Part shown: positions 27,433-40,539 of the stretch, one piece after another
Layout: each line of letters begins with the position of its first letter
How positions within the stretch are numbered: position 1 is the first letter of the stretch
Source: Balanoglossus misakiensis
Taxonomy: Eukaryota; Animalia; Hemichordata
Assembly: GCA_040954595.2 (NCBI GenBank)
Contig: CM082578.2
Location: 17,491,912-17,555,911 of the forward strand
DNA: 64,000 bases
Direction: 5' to 3'
Made by a program: the position numbers and the translations under genes
The notes under the pieces: model-generated
Database searches by the model: none
What the model was told of the DNA's origin: nothing
The model's input: only the letters and a program-made list of their open reading frames with translations

Positions 27433-27498
27433 CTCTTTCAAAAAAGATGTAGACGACATTGATGCGTCGGGGTAATGTTGTCCTCGAAATCGCCTCAT
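27433..27498 (-). CDS. prickle: Candidate alternative first exon of prickle (MRRFRGQHYPDASMSSTSFLKE)
   Basis: ATG at 27498, 66 nt, GAG|GTAAGA donor, phase 0 matching exon 25481-25566; CpG-richer flank with CCAAT and ATGGCG motifs at ~27640-27730. Confidence 0.55.
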
Positions 27499-30265
27499 GA
27501 TGATACCTCAGACGATCGCGATCAAGTCACTTAATTTTCGTCAATCACTGACAAGAAATCGTTACAAAAATAACCATTTTGCGCCAGCTGTTAATCACCT
27601 CTACTTTTGATCATACGCTACCTATTTTCGTGATTAAACAATAATCGCCCCTTCTCATTTGCATGTGAATACACATATAGAAAGCAATGGCGTGTGATTG
27701 GTGGACGCCTCTTACAATGGCGTCGTTTTCAGCGTTTTCCCTGAAAGGTGACATACACACAGTGACCCTAAACGTTGAACAACCTATGATATATCACCTG
27801 TCGATTGTAGGAACGCTGAGAGGGCATGACGCAACGTGACTTTCCTCTCCTTCCCTATGGGAAATCTTCCCACAATAAGGACGACTTCACTCAGTTCAAC
27901 CACTTCTTGCTGTCTGTCATTCTTTTTACCCCAAACAACAAAATGAAACAAAAAACAATACTTACGCACTCATTGTGATGACCATTTTAAATTTATTCCG
28001 TGAATAAGAGAATAAAAACAATTGTATGTATTCCAGATATGACATTTAGCTAGTGTCTTCCTTTGTGAAGGCTATTATTTGAAATACATTGTTTCCGGGT
28101 ATGTCTATTAAACTATTTCATTGAAAATGAAACAATTAACAATGGAAATTCTGAAAACTTTGTTACAGACGCTCATTTATAATCAGTGGGATCAGTTTCA
28201 CACCATAAATTTTTTGAAGATTTCTGACGGTGCAAGTAAACAGATCTTTGCGAAAAATATATTTATTGGGAATACTTCTAGCTCTCTATTGAAATCACGG
28301 AGGTGTGGAGGGACTGCGAAGGAGTGAACTGGACATTTCACGTCTGTGCTGAGTGAGGGCGCTAGTCAGCTTTCCTTTCTGTGTCGTGTCTCTCTCCAAA
28401 TGGAAGCATGTGTTGCCAAGGAAACCTGCCCATGTAACACAGTGACTGGGAGACTGGTACTTGGGCTTTGCAAACTTTCGCGGAACTCTTTGCAAACCAG
28501 ATATATTTGATTGGTTAGTTTAGTTGTTCTCTGAAGGTGTGGAAACTACCTTCCAACAAAATTTAAAAGATATCAGAATAAAGACTTAACCCCAACTAAC
28601 AGTAACTACATCTGTGTTTACATATTTCTCCCAGAAATACATCTCTGTAATGTCACTTACTGGAATTTGTAATTTGATTTCTGGCCTGGGGAAAAATGAG
28701 GTAATTAATTCATATAAATCATTGCAAGTTTACCCAAGCTTACACTATTACACTGTGGTGAAGAAATATGCAAGGAGGCCATGAGTCTGGCCTGTTGCTG
28801 TTTTCACAAACATGAACCCAAATATAATTTCAGTTTCTAAACCCTTGAGTTCAAAACCTTAAAAATGATACACTGTATTACTTGATAACATTTTCAATGT
28901 GTTCCTTTAAAATGAAAGTAGCTGCTTAAAAACACTTTACATGTATCACCAAAGGAATTGTGTTCATAACAGCACTTACACAAAGAAAAACAATGCAACA
29001 CTTACATATAGCAGAAACCTGAATCTGCTGAAATGAAAACATTGAAATTATTTACAACTATCATGTCACCAGCACCAAGTCACAACAAAATTGAGCATTT
29101 TTTTTTATTTTCTCAAATATTTTTGTGATTTTAATTCTATACATATATACTTCTCTCCTTGTGAGAAACTAATTTTCTTCTTTGAGATGTTCCATTCAGA
29201 TTCTATTCTTAATATCACATTGTTTGGTGATTTAACTATTAAACACTGTGAATTCAATACCAGTAATTCTTTTATCATGTGCAGCTGGTAATATTTAACA
29301 AGGAGAGCCAGGTTGAGGTCAAAGCGAAGAGGACCAACAAATGGCTACATCACAGGTCAAAGGTAAAGCGGTCAAATACTAACTAGGGGATAGGTCAAAG
29401 GTAAAATCATCAGCAGCTGACCTGATCAAAGGTCAAAGGTGAAGGATGAAACATTCACTGCACAAACTCTCTAAAATATCCAACGTGGTTTTAACCACAC
29501 ACATTTTTCCAAAGTGCTAAGCATTGACTTTTGGACATGGAATTGCAGACAGAATTGGAATCACTGAGATTCATTCATTCATTCTGTTTTGCAAGAAGTC
29601 ACACACACACACACACTGCACTTGAGACCTCCTTGGTAATAACAAGGTAATATGATTACACAACTGAAATGAATGATATGAGTTGGAAAAATACATAATG
29701 AAATATACAAGCAGATTCATTTTCATTGTAACATACACAACTTCAAATATCAAATAACATTCACTAATCATATTTTAGTAGAACAGCGAACATTGCATGA
29801 GTTGAAAAGTGTTTTCAACACTTCAAAAAAAACTGTGGAAGATTTTCATTAGCCTTGGCATTGAGAAAAAAAAACTATTATTAATTATATATGTTATCAT
29901 AGTTACTGAACATTTTTTTTCAGGTTAGAGATTACTATAACATACTTAGTTACAAAGTTCATTGACTAAAAATTCTGATATATGAGCCCTGATGTCATTT
30001 GTTCTAGTCACTTCATACCAAAGATGTATTTGTCTTGCTAAGTTCTGAATAAAGCAAGGCACTTTCATGTCAAGCAATCAGATGACAGGCTTGCCTATGT
30101 TGGTAACTCTAATTTACATGTAACTTATCATAGTCAATGTGCTGTAACTATATCAAACTACCTATAACCAAGTCAGTGTTTTCACCAACAATTGCTAACT
30201 ACCTATGACCATTGACCACTTTGGTTTGGCAGCTCCTCGACTAGCAAACCGGTCCCAGCTGTCAT

Positions 30266-33200
30266 CTATGAAAGTACTGCCCTCTTGCAGTTGACAGAAC
30301 AGAATATGTAGCCTTGCTTGGGCATGAACTGCTTGCCTATGAGGCTGGTTTTGCAATTGGAGCAGGAGAAGCACTCTGGAGTGGCGTGCCAGTGGAATTC
30401 CTTATGGCTGAGTCTCTGGGCATCAGCGGAGATCTTGGTGTTACATTTTTGACACATCTGGAATGGGAGATGAATACATGTGAGTGACAAGCTCTGGTGG
30501 AACAATGGATCATGAAAGTGGACTCCATAATGTCTCATGTGGGTACAGTTCAATGAACTACTCTTGGAGTTTATTGAATATGCAATGAGTCAGGAGTCGA
30601 CTTACCTTAGCAAAGCGTTTCTCATAACAATCTAGGCAAAATGGATGATTATCCCTGGGCACATAACGTTTACCTCCTAGTAACAAGTCACAGTCATAAC
30701 AACAGAAGTGTTTCAAATGCCAGTTCCTATCTTCTGCTTGAGTGTATTCTCTGGCAAAGATCAACTGAAAACGTATAAAACATATAACATAAAGACACAT
30801 TCCAATTTTAGAAATAAAACATGAATATTCATGACATGATTCACTGTTTTAATTCCTCAAAATGAATGTGGGTGGAGCAACTGTCACCTTTCATTTTGAT
30901 TTTTAATAAAATAGTAGCGACTGACTCTACCCAAAAGAAACCCAAATAGCTTTTCACGGGACAAGACTGGTGACACACTGCAAGTAAGGACTACCCTTTT
31001 TTCCCCTCCCAAACTTACTTCATCACATGCGGCACAACGAGGACGATGCAGATCAGCGTAGTGACGACCACAGTACACCTTATCATCCTGGTAGAAATAG
31101 ATGAGATCAACCAGCAACTCATTGCAGGTGGCACAGCGGAAACAGGCTGGATGCCAACATTTGTCTGCTCCAGCTCTCTCAGCAAACACAGCTACATCAC
31201 CACCTTGCAGAGGCTCATTACAGCGAACACACTCCTGTAAGACAAAACAAATCATCACCATGTCAATAATACACATAAAAACTGAGTCATAGATGATATT
31301 TTAAAATATACTGATATGAGACACACCCAGGACCACACCCCTAAGTAACCCTTATTCCTGATATTCCTACAAAAAATTGTCATACATGTAAATAGTCTCA
31401 TATTCCAATAACTGGTGTTTGTCTGATAACAAAGCTTCATGATACATGTACATCATGTGCATTAGACTTCTCTGACGAGTTTATGGTCGAATAATAAAGC
31501 ATGCATGGTATGAAACCAATTCATTCAAATTCAAATGTAACTACAGTTGTAAAAGTTCAGGTCAGATGATCAATAGCGAGGTAGCAGCACACACACACAC
31601 ACACACTATTGTACAGCTCATCAAGGTTTCAAGTAAGTAGATGTGCACTGATACATACATTGTGCTTACTGTAGTCCTTTTGTGACAAATGGAAAAAGAA
31701 ATAGGAATGATGAAGTTGAGTAGATAAAAGCAATATGGTGTTTTTTCCAAACCTATTTCCCATATTTATCAGTTAACTATACATATTATTTTTCCAGGTC
31801 ATTCATTATTAGGGTAATTTATGGATGACTTGAAATGGGGCGTGGGTGGGGGAGGCACTTTGGGAGGAATTTTGGAGAGTTTCAATAATTTTTTTGCTGG
31901 AACATTCTGGAACTGAGAGGGTTTCATTAATACATTAATTGGCAAAATGAGTGAATAAAACATGCAGTTTACCATGGCAACCCTAATTATCACAGCATAA
32001 CAACCATTAAGAAATAAGCAATTATCATTCAATGTTTCATGTTTATAGGTGACAAGTATCATCTGGGTTTTCCTCTTGACACATTTCTGACTGTAGCAGA
32101 TTATGTGCCAGTTTTCTGCATAATACATAGCGTGGAACAGTTTCAACATATCTGGTTTCTTGGTTTTATCTTGAAATGTCTGATAAAGGAGTGACCAGAC
32201 CGACTAATGTTTCTTTTTCACCCCTTCTTTTCAGAAATAGGACTCCCTGCTATGTGGAATTTGATGTGGCTGCATGTGCCAGGAATGTCCAGGGCAAAGA
32301 CTGTATGCTTTATTGTAAATGGTTTACAATTTCCTGACCAAGGGAAACATGCTCGTCTTTCTGAACTTTGAGGATCCACTTTCAAAATTGGACTCATTTT
32401 TCAAGGATTTACAAAGTGGGATGGTGGATTCTCAACAAGACATTATTTGACCAAAGGATATTTAATGTTCAGCCATAGAAATAGGACACCTGTACACGAG
32501 GCGAGGAAAAGACCAATTATTGCAGCTACAAACTGTCAGCATACAGCTGTCTGACGTTAAACCCCCAACTATTCCTTGGTTTAGTCTATTGCCTCAGACA
32601 TGGTGCCCTCTCCACTTAATTCAATCACCCAGGCAGTCCTTGTTCCTTACAACATTGTCATTGTTACTGAGGGTCAGACAGGTCACATCATGGGGAATCT
32701 TGGGTGTTAAGTAAAGCATCCCTTTCATACTGGTATTCTTTTGGTATTAAATTCTTTGATAGCTTACTCACACAAGACTTGTAAGAATGGTAGTCTCTTT
32801 ATTTGTAAGAGTTACTGGGCATGCCCAATAACTGGGCATGAGACTTACTGGCATTGGGGCATTTTGATCAAACCAAACCAGCACTCGGGAATTATAACAC
32901 AGGGGAAATTATTAAAGTTCAGGAAAACAATGCAAAACAATCACACATTCCTTTTTAAGATTACATGGGGATGGAGAAATATTACAGTTAATGACACAGG
33001 ATATTGATGTGGGAAATCCATGGAATTTAAATATCCCCCAGTGACAATCCAATCCCTACACACAAACACCCACAGTGTTCTCCTCAGAGCAGTGAAAGAG
33101 TGTTGGCCACACATTTTAAACCCTTTCTCCATTATGCTGTGATCCAAATCCATTGTTTTGGAGGGTACAGATGGACCGCTATACAGGGAAACAGGGGTGA

Positions 33201-36200
33201 AAGGGTTAATTTCAGAAACTAATTATGATAGCAATTGCATTGTTATACAGTTCAGCCAATACTGTATCAGAAATTCCTGGGGAGAACACTGACACAATTC
33301 ACACCACACAAAATATACCAGTATGAAGTATCCATACAAGAATGCAGCCATTGAAAAACATATAACCCTCTAGTGAAAGATAAGTGAATGCCATGGTCAC
33401 AATCCCAGCCATCAATTTAATTACAACACTTCATGAGCATTTTGTGAACAATTAGCAATCCCTGTGAATGAGATTTCCCAATGGGAATGGTTAGAAATCA
33501 CCACACAGTTGTTGTAATCATGTTAAAGGTTCTTATACAGGATTACCTTCCTGATATTCTCATAACTAGACGGCTGAAACACGAGACAAATTAAATAAAA
33601 GAGAAAGAGAATACAAAAAGAGTGAGTACTGATAGACAGAAGGAATTGGAATCGCTGAAACCCTAGTAGCTTCATTTCATTGAAATTGTCTCTGAGCTTC
33701 GCAGAAAAATCAAGATGTATTATACATCAGACTTACCCACTGTGGTGCTACAGCATGTTCAGCAAGCTCACCTCCTCCCACACCAATGCCTGCCGATCGC
33801 GTTGTGTCTACAGCATCCGGAGCAGCCGGATAGGCACTGGCAACACCACCAGGAGTGCTGTATCCATGGGCCACACCAGCTTCATGGGCATGTTCACCAG
33901 GTCTGCCGGTTTCATACGCACCAGCCACGCCACCAGGCGTGCCGTATCCATGGGCCACGCCACCTCCGTGGGCTTGTTGTTCACCAGGTCTGCCTCCACC
34001 AGTTTCGTAGGTGCCAGCAACGCCACCTGGGGTGCCATATCCATGGGCCATGCCACCACTATGGGCTTGTTGTTCGCCAGGTCTGGCAACGGCGATGCCA
34101 CCAGGTGTGCCATATGAACCAGGAACACCACCCTCGTGGCCATATTCACCAGGTCTGCCGGTTTCATAAGCACCAGCCACGCCACCAGGAGTGCCGTGCA
34201 TGGTAGCCACACCACTCTGAGCCGCATGTTCACCAACTCCACCAGGGGCACCATAAGCTGAAGCTGAAGCACCAGCCGCTGCGTATCCAGGGGCATATCC
34301 CGGCATGCCTCCTGCCTGTCCAGGATGATACTGCACTGCACCAGCATGGACACCACCACCACCAGGACCATACTGTTGGCTTCCCATCTGATGCGACACT
34401 CCGAACTCACTGGCGGAACCCATGACACCTGGAGGAACGGACTGGCTGTGGGCCACACCGGCTGCTCCGACTGAACCATGCACCACCGAGGCCGGAGCTG
34501 CCTGCTGTCCGGGGCCACCTGGAGCTGCGCCACCATATCTCTGTCCAGGCTGACCGCCCAACGGTGCAGCCATCCCCTGAATTCCCTTGGCCAGATGAAT
34601 TTCGGCCGAGCTGGTGTGGGATGGCTTCTCCTGGATGATGACCTCACGAATCTGACCAATACCAACAGCCTTGGCTTTATACTCTTCCACAAATTCTGAT
34701 AATTTCTTCACTTCCTGCTCGGACAGGTTGTCGCAGAATTCGGGTGCCTGGTCATGAGACGGCAACTGCTTCATCATCTGTTGGTCACGTTGTTGGGCGC
34801 CGACCGTTCCAGCGATGGGTTGGCTCTCCTCCGGCAGCATTTCCATGTATCGTTCCACCTGAAATAGGACAAATGGGAATCATTTGAAAAAGCATCAAGG
34901 CACTGACATAAAACACCACACCCTTTTTTCCTCATCATGACAGGACTTTCATTCTCAACACAAACATTATGGGCGTTTCTGTAAAGAAAGAACCACAGTC
35001 CAGATTTTGTATCACATCAGTTTTCACAAGACAGTAAAATTCCAGATATGGCCACAGTAAAAAGCATTGATTCGCTGCATGGTTTTGACAAGGGGATGCT
35101 TTGCTAGAACGTGTTCCCAAATTGGCTTCTTATCGGGATTTCAGTGTAAATCCAGACTCAGCTGCGGTTGTCAAGGCACTGAACATTCACTCATCAATAA
35201 TGCATGACAAGCACTGTCTGAAACCTGGTGATCTCCAGCGTTTAGCAGTTTATGTATTCTACGCACATTCCGTCTTAATGTTATCTTTTTGGTGTCCTGT
35301 CTCATGAATAAGTTAAGATTTTTAATGCTTGAAATGTTTAGTACTGTTTTGCTTGTTTCATTCAGTGTTAATATAGCGATCTGTTGTTATCATTTTGTCA
35401 TAATCCTCCATATTAGGCTGACTTGTGTTTATGTGAAATGAGCGTCCATGGTGAAATTTTACATGCGCAACTTAAGTCAAATTCCCAGAAATTCACTGGC
35501 AATTTTTATAGCTGCTATATATTACACAACATAGAATTATTTGGGAAGTTGCAAATAAAAAATTTATTGGATTCAGAGTCTTAAAGTCAGGACACGGCTA
35601 TAAATTTGTATGCAGCTGCAATAATGAATTTCACAATATATGAGCTGTAGTATCTCTCACGGCCCCTGCTTTGCTACCACAGATGTGCTACACACACTGA
35701 ATAGCAATTTGATTTAGTCTACCATGATGACATCACATGCATCCAATGGTGTATAGTGGTTAAGCCGGTAATTTATTCTGGATTGTCTGCAGGACCTTCA
35801 AATACAGCTGAGACTACTCCTATATTCACACAGAGCAGACAAATCAACCACAAGTGTATACATGTGAATTTTTAGAGCATTAAATTCTACATATTTTGTT
35901 TGATGTTCATTTTCCCCTCTATCTAAAATGCTTTATTATATCATTTTATCAATGACTATGCCCAGTGCTTCAATGCCAATTACAAAACAACTGCAAAGGT
36001 CAATGCACTTGAATACTATCAATTACTTTGTCTTCAACAACCACATCTACCAGGAATACACTGATTGAAAATCGTGCACAAGATTTTGCCAAAATTGAAT
36101 AATCACACGACAACCATGGAATTACAATTACATGATCTTGAAAATAGCATAATTGACCATCTGAGGTACTTCTACATATTCACTTAATACCCAAAGTTTT

Positions 36201-39200
36201 AATCAGATCAATCTTTGAGCAAAACTGTTTGCTAGATTAGTTTTTAATGGAAAACAAAACTGTGATACCTTTTAATCTTGACGCTCCAGACTAAACTTGA
36301 TCCCTGCCGGGATCAACTCATAGCTCAGACAAAATGAGAAAAGCTCTAATTCATGATCGGATTACTAAGCCATAAGAACATTTAACTCCTGATATTAAAA
36401 CTCTGACATTTTTCTTTCAACACAACAGTACTTTGTGACACTACAATCCGACAATAAGCACAGCTAAGAATACAAATTACAGTGTGAACAATGACACTGA
36501 CCTCGAAAAGGATTATCTATTTACACAAAGTTTAATTTCATCACTTCCACAGCTTTCAAGACCTAACTTCTGACAATGACTATATTATGATGTATAGTGA
36601 AATATTACCAACAAACGGAAGTCCCATCTATAATTACTGAAGCCAGTGTAATATTTCAATGTTTACGATAACATTAAAAGACTAGAACAGCTCACAGGCA
36701 TGTTCACATGGAAATGAAAACGCCCATGGCATATTATTGTGTAAATTTAACACGATATAAACGTCAAAAACAAAATTCCTAAACTTTCACTCATACTATG
36801 CTCAATTACACTTCAAATTCTAATTTCACAGAATCAATCTGACAATTTTTAAACCTCCATGGATATTTTCACAGCAAAGAACCAAATTACAGGAAGTAGT
36901 TGATATCAAACATGGCTGCCTGAGTTAAACACTAGTATGCAAATCAAAATTTATTTTGATGTGAGCCATAGCATTCACAAACCAGGGGTGGACAGGTTCA
37001 CTCTTCCCCACCCAACAGAATGTGAGGTGTCCCCTTACCTGCTGCGTTGTAACACCTCTTGGAACCCATTCAAAAGTAACTGTCTCAGTGGGTGCCTTGG
37101 GTGACTTGGGATCCTTGGAGCGTTCAATGATCAAGCTGCTCAGCTGATACCTTGCCACTTGCTCCTCACCAAACAAACGTCCAATTTTACGCTGCTGTTC
37201 CCTTTTCTCAGGTTTGATGTCATGGTCAGCTTGGCCGCACTTGCAGTTTCTGCAGATTTTCCTGTGTGAGGAGAGAACAAAATGATACCAACTCTGTAAC
37301 TTGTAAGGTTGTTGCCGTGACAATATGATGGTAGTGAGTTCCTCCCAAGGCACAAATGCAATTCAATAGTTTGTCACACTTTGATGTTTCGTCTCAATCA
37401 AAACACATTGTACACTAGTTCACTTACTATATGGAAGTTATGTGGGATTGAAGAGATAGGTGGGTAGGTAGTTGAGCAATATTCTGTAGGTTTGTTGTGC
37501 ATTATAATGAGAAACAGCTGAAATACTTCAATGTTTGGCAACACATGAAATAACTGTCACTGTGCTTGAAAATCAAAAGCACCTGAGTTCCATCCATATG
37601 AAATTTGTAAGTGTTTATCAATGTCTGAATGTCCAACAATTAAGAGTAATTCATTGGCAAGGTCATAATCAGAAAGAAGTAAACACAGAATTAAAGATGA
37701 GGGTTTGTTTGTTGCCTGCAGGGACTCCATCAAAGTTGGACATCATATGATGGTATGATCTCTACGCAATGTTATATGTATCTAGGATGGGCGTCGCCAC
37801 CTTCCAGGGCGTGTACTTTGAGAAATCTACTAAATGTAACATTTCACATCCTGCACATATATTAAGTTCTTTTTTTTTTTAATTCAGGAAATATGATAAA
37901 AAATGCTCGATGCATACCTCCAGAAGTGCAGATCCAAACCTGGACATTGGTCACCGCATTTCAAACATGGTGCTCCAGCTCCCACTTCATGCAATGGTGC
38001 TATCTGTGAGAGATAGAAAAAAAAAGAGAGGAAAAAAAGATGAGATCACCAAAACTCACTGAGAAATATTGCTGTGAATAAGCGATGAAAAATACACAGT
38101 GGCAATCTGAAATGTATTGTGAGTGTAATAAAACAGTTGATACGTTGCAGAACTGCAATATATCACCTTTGAGTACCCTCTGTATTCAGGTCACAAACAT
38201 GACTGGGTTTTAATCATTTAGCAGATTGAAATAATATACAACTTTTTAATTTCATACATTACTTCTGTGTTCTAGACCATAGATTTTCCTACTGGTTCCG
38301 TGTCTGTCATACAGTAAATACTTAAAGAAAAGGCAGCATATAATCTATTGAAACTGTTATTTAGATCAAAGGTGCAGATACCATTCTGAAGAGCAACATC
38401 AATCATATATCAATGGCCCAGTGCAAGAGGGGCGTAGCATGAAATAAGTTATGTCTGACTCCCTCTTGCACTGAGCCTTCGACATGTACGTGCGCTATTA
38501 TAATTCTTGAGTCTTCCCTCACTACCAGACTCTTGAACTTTGAACCAGACCTAGGTCAGGGTACCTGGTATTTACACCATTATAAGACAGCCTCTGGTCT
38601 AAATAACTGAATCATCTATGTCAACATTTTGTTCAAGAAGATTTTTCCTGTTGTTGCCATTGACCTGGCAGTTAATGCTAACACACAAACGGTCACTTTC
38701 AAAAGTGTCTGGGAACCAAGAGAGTTACAGAAGCAGATGCTGTAGACCGCAAAGTGAGTAAATTTGGTTGACAAATGAAACTGTCAATGGGGTATCTCTC
38801 TCTATTGTCAAAATACATTGGAAGCCTTGACAGTAATGGGTTGGCATCAAAATAGGGCCCTGTAATCTCTCATAGACAAAGTGCAGCAGTATAAAAAACT
38901 AAAACATTTTAATTTTGTAATAACTGCCAAGTTCCAGATAATGCACATTACAAAAATTATTTTAGGTTGACTGTAACAGTATCCTTGGCTATTGTTTGTT
39001 TGTTAGTAAGATAAATGTTTACTGCAAAGACCAGGGGAAAGCAAATCCGCTCAGTACTAATTTCTTTTTATGTTGCAGTGATCAGTATTGTAAGAAATGC
39101 TTATTCAAACACATGTAACAGCCCATTTTCAGTTGACGTGGAGATTTTCAAGAGCATGAGATCCCAATGGTAACCCAGTTCTGTTTAATTGATGTCATAC

Positions 39201-40539
39201 AAACATGTGTGCTTTTCATCAATTGTGTACAAAGATTACTTTCTGGAATGATGGGACATACTGATTGTACATGCAGAGACAATCTGCACTGAACAAATTA
39301 CACCATGTAGGGCACTGAATCTGAATCAGTGATGTCTGAATTTATCATACTTGTTGGGTGGGCAAATGCTTCAAACCACACAGTCTGATCACGTAACCAT
39401 CCGAGTTCATATCAGGACTCATGTTCCATTTCCCCCAGTGATCTTAATGATCTCTTTCCCAAATAATAAATTATGGCCATCAGGATGACCCAACACTTTG
39501 CAGAATTATTCTGTGTATTTTGCAATGCTGTATGCAGATATGTGAAAAGAAATTAAAGTTTTTATTTTAATTCATATTTAATCATGTAAAATAGCATTCT
39601 TTACTTGACCACACCCATATTTGATACTACCCAAAATTTACTTGATCAAGAATTTTGTGTATGCCATCAGGAATATCGATGCGAATTCCAATGGCAAAAG
39701 AAGCCAGGACTTACATAATATTTACAGCATATGCAAGTGTCCTATTTTTATAATTTTTAAAAATAAAATTTCATTCGGGTATTAAAATGCTATGCTTGGT
39801 ATTTGATATTTGGGTTTGCCATCGATACATTCTCTCGGTTTCAAATTCTATTCTTTAGTTGTTTGCAATTTGTGACATAGTCAATATCAATTACAGCGCT
39901 ATTAAACCTAATCGATGTGATTCCCACTAAAACTGGGCAACTGCCACAGACGGAGGGAAATGATGAAATACTGTATTATGACAATCAGGAAGGAGGGTGA
40001 TATTAATAGGAAATTCAAACTGCCTGCATGTTTTCTCGCAATAACCGTTCACTTGCAAACTACAGATGAGAATACCAATGTCATGGCGACGATCTGCTTA
40101 CAAAAAACATAAAGATTTTGTTCGCTTGTTTTCTGACTGAAACATGATGTCCTAAGCGTTGCGTATACAACTTCACGTTGTGAATCGCAACTTCCCGCCC
40201 CTTCCTTCTCTTAACGAGGTCAGGATGGCCGATCACTAAGCGCTGCCGTGTACCAAATGCTGGCAAGCCCAGTAAAATGTGATTGCATTTGGACGCGGTA
40301 CGTGTGATCGGTGATTTACGATATTCAATGAATGATTGTACTGCGGTGTTGTTTGGTATTATCTGCCCTAAATATTGCAATTTCATTGAAGGACGAAACA
40401 CATGAGCCTTGCTGATAGCCACACCTGCAAAACATATATCTGCACGGTTGTCACATGCATACATTACCCTCTTAAAACTTGTGTCGATTTGTCTGATCGA
40501 CTCAGGTACATCGACTTCTTGTTCGTCGTTGGCGGCCAT
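30266..40539 (-). CDS. TES: Testin-like PET/LIM protein (CR + PET + long G/A/H/P repeat + 3 LIM)
   Basis: Phase-consistent exons: 40468-40539, 37918-38003, 37039-37261, 33737-34858, 31019-31234, 30606-30764, 30266-30457. Motifs [75 protein letters not shown]; ends [12 protein letters not shown] with no CAAX, as in testin. Confidence 0.92.
33547..33573 (-). CDS. TES: Candidate 27-nt microexon of testin (PSSYENIRK)
   Basis: Long polypyrimidine tract plus TTTCAG acceptor, AAG|GTAATC donor, symmetric phase 0-0, no stop; lies between exons 33737-34858 and 31019-31234. Confidence 0.6.
33800..34290 (-). repeat. Degenerate coding tandem repeat (about 23-29 aa units, G(T/A)[15 protein letters not shown]...GG(V/M)AHGY)
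   Basis: About 5-6 recurrences of (G/S)(T/A)PGG(V/I) visible in ORF 33710..34858. Confidence 0.85.
38415..38477. repeat. 63-nt imperfect hairpin in testin intron 1
   Basis: GGCCCAGTGCAAGAGGG pairs with CCCTCTTGCACTGAGCC (16/17), with further partial pairing inward. Confidence 0.7.

Noticed and set aside
33680-34692. 294-aa alternate-frame and antisense repeat ORFs; possible CRISPR-like array
   Set aside because: By-products of the GC-rich coding repeat; units are degenerate and codon-based with no repeat-spacer structure or cas genes.
40081-40467. Remainder of the 158-aa ORF after the testin first exon
   Set aside because: Read-through past the AGG|GTAATG donor into the intron; no motif.
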